A stretch of DNA of 64,000 nucleotides from the human T2T-CHM13v2.0 reference genome, Homo sapiens: the NCBI RefSeq assembly GCF_009914755.1, contig NC_060931.1. One strand, written 5' to 3'. A program made the position numbers and the translations under genes. The notes beneath the pieces are model-generated. The model did no database searches. It was given only the letters and a program-made list of their open reading frames with translations, and had not been told where the DNA came from. Positions 57,752-64,000 of this stretch are shown here, one piece after another (the first letter of the stretch is position 1; each line of letters begins with the position of its first letter).

Positions 57752-59132
57752 CCGCGGGGGCTGGGCGGCCGGAGCTACCGGCAGCCCGGTGCACGGGAAA
57801 TGCAGGAGCGCGGGCACCCTCAGGACTAAGGGGAAGGCCGAGGGGAGGCACGGGGCGGGTGGAGCCAGCCTGAGCCTAGGCGCGCCCTCTGGCACCCAGT
57901 CAGGCTCGGTACTAGGTGCTTGGAGTGTAAAGCGAGCAAACCAGACGACTCCGGTGCTGGAGAAGGCCCGAGTCTGGGAGCGCCAAGATGTAGGGCAATC
58001 GGTCATGAGAGTGCGGAGAAGCCAAACCGAAAAGCTTGCTGGGGACCCGGAGGGAGGGGATTGACAGGTCAAAGGGGGTGACCCGGGGGAGGGGACACTC
58101 AGGCTGGGTTTTGAAGGATGAATGGGAGTTCGTAGCAAGAGAGTGAGGGCGCGCGGATGGAGGACAGAGGCCTTCCAAGCTGCAGGAACAGCGTGTCCTA
58201 GGGCACAGAAGCGTGAAAGCCCCCACGGTGCTGTGTTTGGCTTTGTTGCAGCGGAAAATGTAAGGGAGGAGAGAAAAGAGATAAGGCAGGCATAGTCACC
58301 AGGAGTCAGGTCGGGAGGGTCATGTGTGCAGAGCTAATGAGGTGGCCATTTATCCCACTGGAGAGGGGGTGATGGGGACTGCGAAGGGTGAATTCGGGGA
58401 AAATGTAAAGTGCGTCTGAGGCACTTCCAACCCCAGGGCCCACGCGCCCGGACCACAGAGGTTCCTCCTTCATGGCTGTCTGGTTTTGAAATGTTCTGGG
58501 TTAAAGTGATTGGTGCTTCCACCTTTGGCAGAGTAATCTGGGGACGCGATGGGTGAGATCTATCTGCCAGGGCAGGCTGAGAACTCTTTTTCAGGGGAAA
58601 ATTGCAGTTGTGCTCCCTCACCTTCCCTCAGCCCTCCTCTGTTAGGTAGGAACATACTAGGTTTTGTCATTTCCACAAAAGGGTGAAAAGCCTGTAATCT
58701 GTGGTAGATAGATCTTAGAGCATGCATATCCCCCTCCCACTTTATTTTCTTTTACTCTTTTTCTTTTATTTATTTATTTTTTAGAGACAGGGTCTTGCTC
58801 TGTTGGCCAGGATGGAGTGCAGGGGCGCAATCATAGCTCACTACAGCCTCGAACTCCTGGGCTTAAAAGATCCTCCCACCCCAGCTTCCCCAGCAGTTGG
58901 GACTACAGTTATGCCTGGCTAATTTTTTTTTTTTTTAACTTTCTTTTTTCCCCCCCGAGATGGAGTCTTGCTCTGTCGCCCAGGCTAGAGTGCCATGGCG
59001 CGATCTTGGCTTACTGCAACCTCCTCCCCCTTGGTTCAGCGATTCTCGTGCCTTGGCCTCCCAGCTAGCTGGGATTACAGGTGCTGGCCACCACGGCTGG
59101 CTAATATTTGTATTTTTCGCAATGTTGCCTAG

Positions 59133-59465
<333 letters not shown>

Positions 59466-59846
59466 TGATCCGCCCGCCTCGGCCTCCCAAATTGCTGGGA
59501 TTACAGGCGTGAGCCACCACACCCGGCCTTTTTTTTTACTTTTTGTAGAGAGGGGTGTCTCACTATGTTGTTCAGGCTAGTCTCGAACTCCCAGCCTCAA
59601 GTGATCCTCCAGCCTCAGCATTTTTTTTTTAAAGCTTATCTGTCTCTCCCCTACACAATCTCAACTCCACAAAGGCAGTGATTTTTGTCTGTTCTCCGCT
59701 GTGTTCCCATTGTCAGCAATAGTGACTGGCCTATGAGAGACACTCATTCAATATTTGTGGAATGCATCAATGCACCTATCTATGCCTTTAGAATCTAGAG
59801 ATCCAGAAATCCCAAACAGAAATGCATTCAGGGGCCAGACAGATTA

Positions 59847-60300
<454 letters not shown>

Positions 60301-60303
60301 TCA

Positions 60304-60603
<300 letters not shown>

Positions 60604-60971
60604 CTAGTTTTCTGACTTCTGCTCTGGATGGCCTAAGGTAGCATTTTTCAATCTGCAGACTGTGTATGACCCATGTAGTGGATGGTGAAATCAATTTAGC
60701 AGGGCATGGCAATTATTTAAAAAAATAATTAAACAGGCTGGGTACAGTGGCTGATGCCTGTAATCTCAGCATTTTGGGAGGCCAAGGCAAGAGGATCTCT
60801 TGAGGCCGGGAGTTTGAGACCAGCCTGGGCAACATAGCAAGACTGCTCATCTCTACAAAAATAAAAATATAAGAAACTAGCTAGATGTGGTGGCGTGCAC
60901 CTGTAGTCCTAGTTACTCAGGAGGCTGAGGTGGGAGGATCCCTTGGGCCCAGGAGTTCGGAGCTGCAGTGA

Positions 60972-61244
<273 letters not shown>

Positions 61245-61357
61245 TGATCCACCTGCCTCGGCCTCCCAAAGTGCTGGGATTATAGGCGTGAACCACTGTG
61301 CCCGGCCGCTGTGAACTATTATTGTACCACTGGACTCTAGCCTGAGTAACAGAGTGA

Positions 61358-61966
<609 letters not shown>

Positions 61967-62599
61967 TGATTTTTGTATTTTTAGTAGAGGCAAGGTTTCA
62001 CCATGTTGGCCAGGATGGTCTTGATCTCTTGACCTCGTGATCCACCCACCTTGGCCTCTCAAAGTGCTGGGATTACAGGTGTGAGCCACCACGCCCAGCC
62101 AATTTTTGTATTTTTAGTAGAGACGGGGTTTTACCATGTTGGCAAGGCTGGTCTCAAACTCCTGGCCTCAGGTGATCTGCCCGCCTCAGCCTCCCAAAAT
62201 GCTGGGATTACAGGCGTGAGCCACTGTGCCTGGCCAAAACTGTTTAAAAGCATTGTGGGCTTTATATTTCATCAAGCCAGACTGCCATAAAGTTTGCAAA
62301 TTTAGACCACCTTGTTTTTGACTTGCAGAATTGCTTTCGCTCAGTTGTATTTGGTGCTTAAGATTTCTGTGAAACTAACTTCCGAAATTCATGTTGGGGT
62401 GTTAAGGAAATTGACCTCTGAGTTGCCAAGTCCTGAGGATTCAGGCTGGAATTGGGGTGAAGCAAGTTGAGGCACTTTGGGCCCTGAATTTAAGGAGGTA
62501 CTGGCTCCCAAGGTAACACAAGTGTTGGATGGGCACCGTCCTGGTAGAATTCCCTCCTCTTTGGGTTCCTTAGCACTGCCCTTTTCTGGTCTTTCACTG

Positions 62600-62955
62600 A
62601 TTGACTCTAGGTCTGGCTATGTGATTTTCACGGCTTTGGCCAATGGGGTATTGGCAAATCTGCTCCCTAAGTCCTGTGCATTGGGACTTGCCCTCTCGGA
62701 AAGAATGCTGCCCTGAGACCATCACGCTGTAAAGAAGCTTGCAAGAAAGATCACATGAAGAGGTCCAGGTGTTCCAGCTGTGTCAGGCCTCTGCCAACAG
62801 CTAGCACCAACTACTAGAGCATGCTAAGATGTGAACGAGACCATCTTGGACTTTGCATCTGACTGTCTAACTGAGTGCAGCCACACACATGAGCCCAGGT
62901 GAAACCAGAACTATCCAGCCAACCAATAGAAACACGATGAATAAAAAAATAGCTG
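62600..62955. mobile_element. MaLR (MLT1-like) LTR fragment
   Basis: gccatcttgga-like, ccagccaacc and aataaa...tgtt motifs. Confidence 0.4.
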
Positions 62956-63051
62956 TTGGCTGGGCACAATGGCTCACGCCTGTAATCCCAGCACTTTGGG
63001 AGGCCAAGGCAGGTGAATCACAAGGTTAGGAGATTGAGACCATCCTGGCTA

Positions 63052-63650
<599 letters not shown>

Positions 63651-63769
63651 TCACTATGTGGGTGTACCCAGTCTCTGGCTTCTAATGTCAAGGGCCTCCA
63701 ACTTGACACTTCCAGCTCAGAGTATGTTCTTAAGGCCCTCCCTCACTTATAGAACTTCCTAGTGGTTAG

Positions 63770-64000
63770 CTATGATGCATGGCAAACACATCTGGCAACA
63801 GTAACATCAGCATACCTTGAAAATGACCCCATGGTCTAAGAAGAGTATGTGTTGAAAGTTCTAAGCTAAGGAATCCAGGAGTGGCCAACCCGGAGATTCA
63901 TTTCTTATCTATGAGGAACATCTGAACCCCTGGACCATCTAGGGGATGGTGGCCTTTGTTTGGGGTTAAATGAAGGTTGCCAGAGGGAGGGTGCTAGGGG
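63770..64000 (+). mobile_element. ERV1 LTR (LTR9/MER61-like), running off the window end
   Basis: gcataccttgaaaatgacccc...gctaaggaatccaggagtggccaacccggagattcatttcttatctatgaggaacatctga. Confidence 0.55.

Larger units (their letters stand above)
56620..57960. promoter_or_regulatory. CpG-island promoter (CASTOR-type) driving the chimera
   Basis: Very high GC and CpG density, with GC boxes (GGGGCGGGGCGGGG at ~57087-57102), surrounding exon 1. Confidence 0.9.

Noticed and set aside
56785-58138. Long GC-rich ORFs (302, 202, 187 and 167 aa) including polyQ, polyA and polyC tracts
   Set aside because: Stop-poor CpG island with non-ATG starts and no recognisable homology; the tracts come from the promoter CAG repeat.

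Overview
Human (primate) genomic DNA that is very Alu-dense (about 80 elements or fragments by manual count). It matches the 7q11.23 Williams-Beuren segmental duplications. Most of the window (~5.25-57.6 kb, minus strand) is a chimeric GTF2I pseudogene. This is most likely GTF2IP1 if the window is in reference orientation; GTF2IP4 is the near-identical alternative. A CASTOR2/GATS-type CpG-island promoter, exon 1 and partial intron 1 are fused at about 37.7 kb to GTF2I intron 12 and exons 13-35. All 23 GTF2I exons were located by hand and have canonical AG/GT ends. The default exon 1->13 splice stops at once (AG|A TGA), and exon 15 carries a CAG>TAG stop (Q391*). However, exons 16-34 are one uninterrupted frame, and exon 1 is in phase with exon 16. 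Skipping exons 13-15 would therefore give a 601-aa CASTOR2-TFII-I fusion predicted to escape NMD. The fusion junction is a hybrid Alu with a 79-bp perfect copy of an Alu 8.17 kb away that lies next to a 110-bp G4/triplex-prone purine tract, which suggests a template switch. The window also has a PHB1 processed pseudogene with target-site duplications, L1/LTR/MER remnants and several microsatellites. NCF1-type exons, CASTOR exon 2 and GTF2I exons 1-12 were not seen. GTF2I reference residues, exon numbers and paralog names are recalled from memory, not looked up.
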